From Vibrio alginolyticus NBRC 15630 = ATCC 17749 (GTDB lineage: Bacteria; Pseudomonadota; Gammaproteobacteria; Enterobacterales; Vibrionaceae), in contig NC_022349.1 in assembly GCF_000354175.2 (NCBI RefSeq), positions 2,610,001 through 2,642,000 of the forward strand: 32,000 bases of DNA, written 5' to 3'. Under the pieces are notes generated by a model. That model was not told the origin of the DNA and did not search any database. It was given only the letters and a program-made list of their open reading frames with translations. Position numbers and translations under genes: made by a program. This document shows, piece by piece, positions 18,855 through 26,638 of the stretch (position 1 is its first letter; every line of letters begins with the position of its first letter).

Positions 18855-19277
18855 ATGTCGACTAAAGAGTTACTGTTTTCTTTTCAAGGACGTATAAACC
18901 GTAAAAACTACTGGATTTGGAACGTCATTTACTATGTGTCCATTCTAGGCTTTGGTGCCGGTATCAGCCAGCTGCTTCCTACTCTCTCCTATGTGCTTCT
19001 TCCTATTTTCTTGGTGGTTCTGCTGATCCCTGATTTGGCGATCACCACCAAGCGTTGGCACGACCGTAACAAATCGATCTATTGGCTAGCACTGAATATT
19101 CCGTTGATTATCGGACGAATTGCCACGCCAATGACCAGCCCTGCCGCGCAAGAGCCGTCGACCCCACAGATGTTCGTTGCTTCCATTTCTCTGATTTGTG
19201 GTTTATGGATTCTAATTGAATGTGGTTTCTTAAAGGGAACATCAGGACCAAACCAATATGGCCCTGAGCCGGAGTAA
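18855..19277 (+). CDS. DUF805 (YhaH/YhaI-like) inner-membrane protein
   Basis: The FSFQGRINRKNYW and TTKRWHDRNKS motifs are diagnostic for DUF805; 3-4 TM segments. ATG at 18855 (the track ORF starts one codon earlier at TTG 18852). Confidence 0.8.
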   Translation: MSTKELLFSFQGRINRKNYWIWNVIYYVSILGFGAGISQLLPTLSYVLLPIFLVVLLIPDLAITTKRWHDRNKSIYWLALNIPLIIGRIATPMTSPAAQEPSTPQMFVASISLICGLWILIECGFLKGTSGPNQYGPEPE

Positions 19278-19296
19278 TTGCTTCAAGTATCGTGCG

Positions 19297-19750
19297 TGCT
19301 GAAAGTAGATTCTTAGTCGCGCTAAGGCTCGCTAGAATGACAAACTCTTTTGATTTAGAGACTGTTAAAGCCACTGTCATTCTGAACAGCGAGGAACGAG
19401 TGTGATTCAGAATCTATCATCCGATTGTACGGTGGTTTAGGTGAGCGGGAAAGAATAGGAGCTTGCTGTTACTAGATTCTTAGTCTCGTTAAGGCTAGCT
19501 AGAATGACAAACTCTTTTGATATAGAGACTGTTAAAGCCATCATCATTCTGAGCAGCGAGGAATGAGCGTGATCCAGAATCTATCGTCCGGTTGAGCAGT
19601 GGTTAAGCTGAGCGGGAAAGAATAGGAGTTTACTGTTGGCAGGTTCTTAGCCTTGCCGAGACTCGCTAGAATGACGCTCCCCTTTGGTTTAGAGGTTGTT
19701 AAAGTCATCGTCATTCTGAACAACGAGGAACGAGTGTGATTCAGAATCTA
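19297..19750 (+). repeat. Tandem array A of the 166-167-bp structured intergenic repeat (about 2.7 units; 3 H2 and 3 H1 palindromic modules)
   Basis: The landmark attcagaatc/atccagaatc recurs at 19405, 19572 and 19739 (spacing 167). The array starts 20 bp after the DUF805 stop. Track ORF 19108..19380(-) runs into it and is spurious. Confidence 0.9.
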
Positions 19751-19836
19751 CGCACAGAGTGCTCCGAGTTTGAAATAAACTGACTGAGCTCGCGAATTAC
19801 AATGGAAAAGTAACAGCGAATAATGAAGGAGAATGA

Positions 19837-20130
19837 ATCATCGATAAGACACCTTGCGTTTATATCCTAACGTCAAATAACAACGCTGTTCTCTACATAG
19901 GTGTTACCAGTCAGCTGCCCCAAAGATTATGGCAACATAAAAATGGAGTAGTGGAAGGATTTACTAAGAAATACAACGTTCATAAGCTCGTTTACTTTGA
20001 GTTATTCGACGATATGGCTAATGCTATAAACCGAGAAAAGCAGCTCAAGCAGTGGAAGCGTGAGTGGAAGTTAGCCTTGGTAAGAGAAACGAACCCTAAC
20101 TTTCTCGATCTATCTACTGAGTATCAGTAA
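19837..20130 (+). pseudogene. GIY-YIG nuclease-family (YhbQ-like) gene lacking a canonical in-frame start
   Basis: My own translation gives ..DKTPCVYILTSNNNAVLYIGVTSQLPQRLWQHKNGVVEGFTKKYNVHKLVYFELFDDMANAINREKQLKQWKREWKLALVRETNPNFLDLSTEYQ*. This carries the GIY..YIG, REKQLK and W.R..K motifs. The frame opens right after TGA 19834..19836, and the nearby ATG (19833) is out of frame and stops at 19845. The gene is absent from the ORF track for that reason. Confidence 0.7.
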
Positions 20131-20474
20131 AAGTCATTCCTATCTTTAAACGCATTTAAGCTAACCACATCCGCTTTTTTTGTCGGTGCCGCTTCCCCTT
20201 CTAGCGCTGCTTTGAACTTTACGACCTGTTTTCGCAACTCGTTCATCAATACCACATTGGTGTGATGAGGGTTTTTACACGTGCTGATGACTCTATCAAT
20301 GTGGCTTTGTTGAGCCCACAATCTTTCTTTCATATCTTCTGATGCGCTTTCGATCATCTCTTTCGCCATCTCATGACGAAATTGCTCAAAAGCTTCTGGG
20401 TCTCGCTCTGCCATTCGAACCATTTCATCGAATGGAGGAAGCGTTTGGGGTGGGATATGACGTAGAGTAGACAT
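20124..20474 (-). CDS. DUF3135 domain protein
   Basis: 116 aa. LPPFDEMVRMAERDPEAFEQFRHEMAKEMIESASEDMKERLWAQQSHID resembles the DUF3135 family. It is convergent with the GIY-YIG gene and overlaps it by 7 nt. Confidence 0.6.
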   Translation of the reverse strand: MSTLRHIPPQTLPPFDEMVRMAERDPEAFEQFRHEMAKEMIESASEDMKERLWAQQSHIDRVISTCKNPHHTNVVLMNELRKQVVKFKAALEGEAAPTKKADVVSLNAFKDRNDFY

Positions 20475-20635
20475 CGATGCTCTCCAAATCCTTATGGAAA
20501 TTGCTTTTAGTTACTAAAAAGCCTATACCACTAGAAAGAGGAGAGAGAATGAATTCTTCAGCCGTCTCACTTATAAGAGAAGCTTTCAAGCTTGAGATTG
20601 AATAAGTGCGGCATGTCGATGTTTGGTTGTGGTGG

Positions 20636-21256
20636 TTACTGCAGTTGTTGGATGCGGTAAACGCAGCGTCTTTGGCCACTAATGATGTGTTCGGTACGCT
20701 CTACTTTGGTGTCACGTCCAAGTAAAGACTGAAAGACACTTAATTCTGATTGGCACAAGCTTGGGCAGCGAGTTGCGGCTTTACAAATCGGACAGTGATT
20801 TTCGATTAAGATAAATCCGTTCTCATCTTTCTCGAGTTCAGCCATATAGCCTTCTTGCTCTCTTAATGTGACAAGTGTTTCTAGTTTGCTTTGCAGAGAG
20901 TCGCATTGCTCAAGATGCTGACGATAACTTTGTAACGTGAGTTTTTCCCTTTCTGATGTGACTTTTTCCAGTCCATCTTTGCCAAAGATATGTTCGACAG
21001 CTTCTATAAACTGAATGGTCAACTCACCGTGACGGTCAGCAAATTGCTCATGACCTTTTTGAGTGAGAGACCAATGACGAGCAGGGCGACCAACTTTCAC
21101 TTTTACGTCATGGATAGAAAGAATGCCATCATCTTCTAAACTTTGCAGGTGCTGACGAGCCCCCATGGTTGTCATACCTAGCTCAGAGGAGAGTTGTTTT
21201 GCAGTGACGGAGCCATCACGCTTAACGATTTGCAATATCCTATCTACGGTCTTCAT
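20636..21256 (-). CDS. Winged-helix transcriptional regulator (ArsR/DeoR-like N-terminus, COG2345-like) with a C-terminal cysteine cluster
   Basis: The N-terminal wHTH is ILQIVKRDGSVTAKQLSSELGMTTMGARQHLQSLEDDGIL. The C-terminal HCPICKAATRCPSLCQSE supplies 4 Cys, suggesting a metal or Fe-S site. Confidence 0.6.
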   Translation of the reverse strand: MKTVDRILQIVKRDGSVTAKQLSSELGMTTMGARQHLQSLEDDGILSIHDVKVKVGRPARHWSLTQKGHEQFADRHGELTIQFIEAVEHIFGKDGLEKVTSEREKLTLQSYRQHLEQCDSLQSKLETLVTLREQEGYMAELEKDENGFILIENHCPICKAATRCPSLCQSELSVFQSLLGRDTKVERTEHIISGQRRCVYRIQQLQ

Positions 21257-21370
21257 ATACCCACCATTTATACGTCAGTACATATTATGCGCGATAGGGT
21301 TAGTAAAGAAAAGTGTTGACTTAATTTGAGTGTGGATTTGTAGGGGCTATGTTCATATGAGCCAATATAT

Positions 21371-21920
21371 GTCGTCATTCTGAACGGCGAGAAATAAGGT
21401 GATTCAGAATCTATCGTCCGATTGTGCAGCGGTTAAGGTGACCAGGAAAGAATAGGAGCTTGTTACAACTAGATTCTTAGTCTCGCTGGAGCTCGCTAGA
21501 ATGACGAGTTTTTTCGATTTAGAGCTTGCTATGGTAGCCGTCATTCTGAACAGCGAGGAATAAGGTGATTCAGAATCTATCTTCTGGTTGAGCAGTGGTT
21601 AAGGTGACCAGGAAAGAATAGGAGCTTGTTACTACTAGATTTTTAGTCTCGCTAGAATGACGAGTTCTTTTGATTTAGAGCTTATTAAAGTCTCCGTCAT
21701 TCTGAACAGCGAGGAACGAGGTTATTCAGAATCTATTTTTTGGTTGAGTAGTGGTTGAGGTGTTCAGGAAAGAATAGGAGCTTGTTACTACTAGATTCTT
21801 AGTCTCGCTGCGGCTCGCTAGAATGACGAGTTCTTTTGATTTAGAACTTATTAAAGTCACCGTCATTCTGAGGAACGAGTGTGATTCAGAATCTATTGCC
21901 CGTTGTGCGGAAAGAAAGGC
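21371..21920 (+). repeat. Tandem array B of the same repeat family (about 3.3 units; two units carry 6-10-bp internal deletions)
   Basis: The attcagaatc landmark occurs at 21402, 21568, 21724 and 21884 (spacings 166, 156, 160). Orientation is the same as arrays A and C. It lies between the glpX 3' end and the 5' end of the regulator gene. Confidence 0.9.
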
Positions 21921-21955
21921 TCAAACTCAGATTGAGCGAGAGCCTCGAGAAATGC

Positions 21956-22963
21956 TTAAAGAATAATATCACGCACTTCTGGATCTTTACGATCTAGGTA
22001 GTGAGTCGACTTAATGCGACGAATAGTACGGCATCGACCACGCACGAGCAGCGTTTCTGTGGTTGCAATATTGCCTTGACGAGAGATACCTTCCAGCAAG
22101 TCACCTTTAGTGATGCCTGTAGCTGAAAATACCACATTGTCGCTACGAGCCATGTCTTCCATTTTGAGTACAACATTTGCTTTTACGCCCATTTCATCGC
22201 AGCGTTTTAGTTCATCTGCACCGTAAATGCGGTTTTCTTCAGTATCGCCTTTTACTTCGTGACGAGGAAGCAGGCGACCGTGCATGTCACCGTCTAGCGC
22301 TCGAATTACCGCTGCTGATACAACCCCTTCTGGCGCACCGCCAATACAGTACATCATGTCCACTTCACTGTCTGGCATACAAGTTAGAATAGAGGCAGCG
22401 ACGTCACCATCAGGCACCGCAAAAACACGTACGCCCATTGCTTGCATTTCTGCAATAACGTCATCGTGGCGAGGTTTCGCAAGGGTAATAACGACTAGGG
22501 TATCAAGTGGCTTGTTCAGGGCTTTTGCTACGTTCTCTAGGTTTTCTTTTAACGGCTTTTCTAAGTCAATTACGCCTTTTGCACCAGGGCCAACAACCAG
22601 TTTTTCCATGTACATATCTGGCGCTTTAAGAAAGCTGCCTTTCTCACCTGCGGCAAGTACGGCTAGTGCGTTCGATTGTCCCATTGCCGTCATACGCGTT
22701 CCTTCAATCGGGTCGACTGCAATATCTACCTCATCACCACCAATACCCACTTGCTCACCAATGTACAGCATTGGCGCATCATCGATTTCACCCTCACCAA
22801 TGACAATTTCACCACTGATATCTGTTTTGTTCAGTAGCGTGCGCATAACTTCAACAGCTGCGCCATCGGCTGCGTTTTTATCGCCACGGCCAAGCCATTT
22901 GTAACCAGCCAGAGCTGCACCTTCAGTCACACGGGAAAATGCCATTGCTAAATCGCGTTTCAT
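21956..22963 (-). CDS. glpX: Class II fructose-1,6-bisphosphatase
   Basis: 335 aa. MKRDLAMAFSRVTEGAALAGYKWLGRGDKNAADGAAV.. and the rest are typical GlpX. The antisense ORFs 22177..22392 and 22284..22904 are shadows. Confidence 0.93.
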   Translation of the reverse strand: MKRDLAMAFSRVTEGAALAGYKWLGRGDKNAADGAAVEVMRTLLNKTDISGEIVIGEGEIDDAPMLYIGEQVGIGGDEVDIAVDPIEGTRMTAMGQSNALAVLAAGEKGSFLKAPDMYMEKLVVGPGAKGVIDLEKPLKENLENVAKALNKPLDTLVVITLAKPRHDDVIAEMQAMGVRVFAVPDGDVAASILTCMPDSEVDMMYCIGGAPEGVVSAAVIRALDGDMHGRLLPRHEVKGDTEENRIYGADELKRCDEMGVKANVVLKMEDMARSDNVVFSATGITKGDLLEGISRQGNIATTETLLVRGRCRTIRRIKSTHYLDRKDPEVRDIIL

Positions 22964-23311
22964 GATGTCTCCAAGTAAGCAAGAGGGAAGAAGAATTTGC
23001 GCGGCGATTCTATCACAAGGTCGAGTAAACGTTTGCCTTTTTGCGAGGCTTTTACTTTATCTAACTTGAATTTGATCAATACTTAGGGCGATTTTCAGCG
23101 TAGCGAGACGCAAAATCCTTGCTCAAAAATGCTTCGGCGACAAGAAAAGTCAGCGTTTAGTGAGATTGCGCTGATTTTTTGACCGAATGATGCAAAATAT
23201 CGAATATAGTGAGTGTTTCTCATCGCGACGCTGAGTAGAATGAACCTTATATAGGTTAGGTGTGCATCAATCTCGCACATCGTCCCAACGGAATAACATA
23301 GGTAGGCCAAG

Positions 23312-23554
23312 ATGTCTTTTGAAGTACTAGAACAACTAGAATCTAAAATTCAAACTGCAGTTGACACAATCACTCTTCTTCAGATGGAAGTCGAAGAGCT
23401 GAAAGAAGATAAAGCTAAACTTGCGGAAGAAGCGAACGAGCTTCGCTCTCAACGTGAAGAGCTAGAGCAAAAAGCACAACAAGCACAGCAAGAGCACGCA
23501 CAATGGCAAGAGCGCATTCGTGCACTACTTGGCAAAATGGACGAAGTGGAATAA
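23312..23554 (+). CDS. zapB: Cell-division coiled-coil protein ZapB
   Basis: 80-aa coiled coil starting [32 protein letters not shown], the hallmark ZapB N-terminus. Confidence 0.92.
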   Translation: MSFEVLEQLESKIQTAVDTITLLQMEVEELKEDKAKLAEEANELRSQREELEQKAQQAQQEHAQWQERIRALLGKMDEVE

Positions 23555-23576
23555 TTCGGCTTCTTCATTCCAAATT

Positions 23577-23610
23577 AAAAACACCCGCGTTAAGCGGGTG
23601 TTTGTGTTTT
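23577..23610 (+). terminator. Rho-independent terminator of zapB
   Basis: aaaaACACCCGC-gttaa-GCGGGTGTttgtgtttt: an 8-bp GC-rich stem plus a T-tract. Confidence 0.8.
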
Positions 23611-23689
23611 AGGGAAGTAGAAAATGTTAAGACAAGGCTAGGCGCTAAGAGCCAAGAGAAGACCCTATAACTTAGACACCTAAGACTCG

Positions 23690-24196
23690 CTATGCTTCTT
23701 CATCCAACTCTAAATCAATATTCAATGGTTCAGGCGACAGGATAATTCCGGTGCTATCAGCATAAATATAATCTTCAGGTAAGAAGCTGACGCCGCCAAA
23801 GTTGACTGGTACATCCAATTCGCCAATCCCCTGACTGGTCGCTCCAACAGGAATAGAAGCGAGGGCTTGAATGCCTAAGTTCATATCTTCAAGTTCATCT
23901 ACTTCACGAACACAGCCATAAACGACAATGCCTTCCCACTCGTTTTCTTCCGCAATGGTTGCGATTTCTGCATCGATAAGGGCTTTACGTAGGGAACCGC
24001 CACCGTCAATTAACAAAACGCGACCAAGTCCATCTTGCTCTAATGTCTCGCGGATCAACGAATTATCTTCAAAACACTTGATGGTGGTGATTTGCCCGGC
24101 AAATGAAGCGCGACCGCCAAAGTTACTGAACATTGGTTCAACCACATCTACCTGATCGAGGTAGATATCACAGAGTGCTGAGGTATTGTATTCCAT
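23690..24196 (-). CDS. rraA: Ribonuclease E activity regulator RraA (MenG-like)
   Basis: 168 aa. [46 protein letters not shown] is the typical RraA N-terminus. Confidence 0.92.
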   Translation of the reverse strand: MEYNTSALCDIYLDQVDVVEPMFSNFGGRASFAGQITTIKCFEDNSLIRETLEQDGLGRVLLIDGGGSLRKALIDAEIATIAEENEWEGIVVYGCVREVDELEDMNLGIQALASIPVGATSQGIGELDVPVNFGGVSFLPEDYIYADSTGIILSPEPLNIDLELDEEA

Positions 24197-24272
24197 AGCG
24201 TACCTTTCTAAACAGAAATTGGTTGTCTTTGAGTATATCTAGGCATTAAGTCAATGCAATGACAATCCTTTT

Positions 24273-25190
24273 TTAACTTACTAGAGTTTGAGCTACCACA
24301 ATTGTTGCAAACAAAACGTTGGTGACTAAAGAGCATTTCACGATGACTGGCATCATTGGTGCTATCTGAGCGGGCTTTTGTGTATGCCAAACCGCTTTAC
24401 CATGATCGGCCACGAAATAAATACTAAGTAAAAATGGCAAGCTAATCCAAACGGGTTTGTCTTGAATTAACAAGTAAGCCGCAAAGGCAAGAATAGCACC
24501 GCCAAGTAAAACAAAGTGGTAATGCTTGGCTTTGCGTTGACCCAATCGCACTGCGACTGTGCGTTTACCACACTCTCGGTCGTTCTCGATATCACGCATA
24601 TTGTTGATGTTGAGTACTGCAACGGCGAGTAAACCGCAGCCTAGAGCAGGTAAGAATAGCGTGGTATCTACGTGACCAGTATGCAAGAAATAAGTACCGG
24701 ATACGCCGAGTAAACCAAAAAACAAGAAAACTGAAATATCGCCAAGCCCCACGTAACCGTATGGTTTGCTACCCATGGTATAAGCAATGGCTGCGAGAAT
24801 GGCCAGAATTCCCAGCCCGATAAAAGTGACAATGCTTTCCAGTGAACTTAGTGAATAGAAAACCAACACCAAGCCTGAAATGGCGGTCAGAGCGATGTTA
24901 AAGATAATCGCCTGTTTCATCTGTTTCGCACTTACCGCGCCTGACTGCATCGCTCGTAATGGGCCGAGGCGTTTGTCGTTATCTGTACCTTGAACGGCAT
25001 CGCCATAGTCGTTTGCCAGGTTGGACAGAATTTGCAGCAATGTCGCGGTTACGAAAGCCATGATGGCAATCGTCAGTGAGAAATGACCCGCCGAGTAGGC
25101 GAGTACGCTACCTGTTAAGATAGAGACCAATGCCAGAGGTAATGTTTTTGGGCGAGCGGCTTCAAGCCAGATCTGTAGAGATTGTTTCAT
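24273..25190 (-). CDS. menA: 1,4-dihydroxy-2-naphthoate octaprenyltransferase
   Basis: 305-aa UbiA-family multi-TM protein with the NLANDYGD aspartate-rich motif and a second NNMRDIENDR motif. It keeps the conserved position next to rraA. Confidence 0.9.
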   Translation of the reverse strand: MKQSLQIWLEAARPKTLPLALVSILTGSVLAYSAGHFSLTIAIMAFVTATLLQILSNLANDYGDAVQGTDNDKRLGPLRAMQSGAVSAKQMKQAIIFNIALTAISGLVLVFYSLSSLESIVTFIGLGILAILAAIAYTMGSKPYGYVGLGDISVFLFFGLLGVSGTYFLHTGHVDTTLFLPALGCGLLAVAVLNINNMRDIENDRECGKRTVAVRLGQRKAKHYHFVLLGGAILAFAAYLLIQDKPVWISLPFLLSIYFVADHGKAVWHTQKPAQIAPMMPVIVKCSLVTNVLFATIVVAQTLVS

Positions 25191-25280
25191 GGAAATTTCG
25201 TGCTAGTAACCAATGTGCCCAGTATAAGCACAAAGAGGCAGATACGCTATTGACCTAAAACAACTCAACTAGAAGTCAAA

Positions 25281-26590
25281 GAGTCATTCAGAATCTATCA
25301 TCCGATTGTGCAGTGGTGAAGGTGAGCGGGAAAGAAAGGCGTTTGCTGTTACCAGATTCTTAGTCTCGCTTGAGCTCGCTAGAATGACCAGGTCTTTTGA
25401 TTTAGATGTTGTCAAAGTCACCGTCATTCTGAGCAACGAGGAACGAGGTGATTCAGAATCTATCATCCGATTGTGCGGTGGTGAAGGCGAGTGGGGAAAG
25501 AAAGGCGTTTGCTGTTAGCAGATTCTTAGTCTCGCTTAAGCTCGCTAGAATGACGAGCTCTTTTGATTTAGATGTTGTCTAAGTCACCGTCATTCTGAAC
25601 AGCGAGGAACGAGGTGATTCAGAATCTATCGTCCCAATAGTGCCGTGGTTAAGGTGAGTTGGAAAGAATAGGCGTCTGCTGTTAGCAGATTCTTAGTCTC
25701 GCTTGAGCTCTTAGAATGACGAGATCCTTGATTTGGGTGTTGTCTAAGTCACCGTCATTCTGAACAGCGAGGAACGAATGTGATTCAGAATCGATCATCC
25801 GATTGTGCGGTGATTAAGGTGAGCGAGGAAGAATAGGCGTCTGTTGTTACCAGATTCTTAGTCTCGCTTGAGCTCGCTAGAATGACCAGGCCTTTTGATT
25901 TAGATGTTGTCTAAGTCACCGTCATTCTGAACAACGAGGAACGAGGTGATTCAGAATCGATCATCCGATTTTGCGGTGATTAAGGTGAGCGAGGAAGAAT
26001 AGGCGTCTGTTGTTACCAGATTCTTAGTCTCGCTTGAGCTCCCTAGAATGACCAGGCCTTTTGATTTAGATGTTGTCTAAGTCACCGTCATTCTGAACAA
26101 CGAGGAACGAGGTGATTCAGAATCTATCATCCGATTGTGCGGTGGTGAAGGCGAGTGGGGAAAGAAAGGCGTTTGCTGTTAGCAGATTCTTAGTCTCGCT
26201 TAAGCTCGCTAGAATGACGAGCTCTTTTGATTTAGATGTTGTCTAAGTCACCGTCATTCTGAACTGCGAGGAACGAATGTGATTCAGAATCGATCATCCG
26301 ATTGTGCGGTGATTAAGGTGAGAGAGGAAAAATAGGCGTCTGTTGTTACCAGGTTCTTAGTCTCGCTAGATCTCGCTAGAATGACCAGACCTTTTGATTT
26401 AGATGTCGTCTAAGTGACCGTCATTCTGAACAGCGAGGAACGAGTGTGATTCAGAATCCATCATCCGATTGTGCAGTGGTTAAGGTGAGAGAGAAAGAAT
26501 AGGCGTCTGTTGTTAGCAGATTCTTAGTCTCGCTTGAGCTCGCTAGAATGACGAGAGCTTTTGATTTAGATGTTGTCAAAGCATTCTCAA
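25281..26590 (+). repeat. Tandem array C of the repeat family: about 8 units of 166-167 bp
   Basis: The attcagaatc landmark occurs at 25286, 25451, 25617, 25783, 25949, 26115, 26282 and 26449 (spacings 165-167). It fills almost the whole hslU-menA intergenic space. Track ORFs 25284..25466(-) and 25306..25518(+) are repeat-derived artefacts. Confidence 0.95.
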
Positions 26591-26619
26591 CAAAAAGCCC
26601 AGAAACAAGGTTCTGGGCT
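26590..26619 (-). terminator. Rho-independent terminator of hslVU
   Basis: On the minus strand: AGCCCAGAA-ccttgt-TTCTGGGCT followed by TTTTTG. It lies 20 nt after the hslU stop. Confidence 0.8.
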
Positions 26620-26638
26620 TTGGTGGGATAGATTGCGG

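Noticed and set aside
20425-20679. 84-aa ORF between the DUF3135 gene and the regulator.
   Set aside because: It overlaps the 5' end of the DUF3135 gene and the 3' end of the regulator gene on the same strand in other frames. Its composition is unremarkable and it has no ribosome-binding site.
19297-21920. Considered whether the repeats are integron attC sites (Vibrio VCR-type) bounding gene cassettes.
   Set aside because: The units are tandem with no cassette ORFs between them. They lack the GTTRRRY core sites and bear no resemblance to the VCR consensus as I recall it. No intI gene lies in the window.
22177-22904. ORFs 22177..22392(+) and 22284..22904(+, 206 aa), antisense to glpX.
   Set aside because: These are Ser/Pro/Ala/Thr-rich, low-complexity translations on the strand opposite a confidently identified gene, typical of shadow ORFs.
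23095-23310. 71-aa ORF (minus strand) in the glpX-zapB intergenic region; 24208..24390 at the rraA-menA junction.
   Set aside because: The first occupies the likely zapB promoter region with no motif support. The second mostly overlaps the 3' end of menA in another frame.
25284-25518. ORFs 25284..25466(-) and 25306..25518(+), plus 19108..19380(-), as small proteins.
   Set aside because: They lie wholly or largely inside repeat DNA, overlap each other on opposite strands and have no Shine-Dalgarno. Their sequences (for example VILASSSETKNL) simply translate the palindromic modules.
25537-25570. GAGCTCG-ctagaatga-CGAGCTC hairpin plus TTTTGATTT inside some repeat units as a dedicated rho-independent terminator.
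   Set aside because: The 7-bp stem is present only in one unit variant. Other units (for example ..gaatgaccaggcctttt.., ..gaatgacaaactctttt..) break the stem without compensatory changes, so a conserved terminator function is not supported. Only the T-rich motif is conserved.
25281-26590. Considered whether the regular repeats form a CRISPR array.
   Set aside because: The whole 166-bp period is repeated, so there are no unique spacers between short repeats. The period is far larger than CRISPR repeat plus spacer, there is no leader or cas gene nearby, and the same full-length unit recurs at two other loci.
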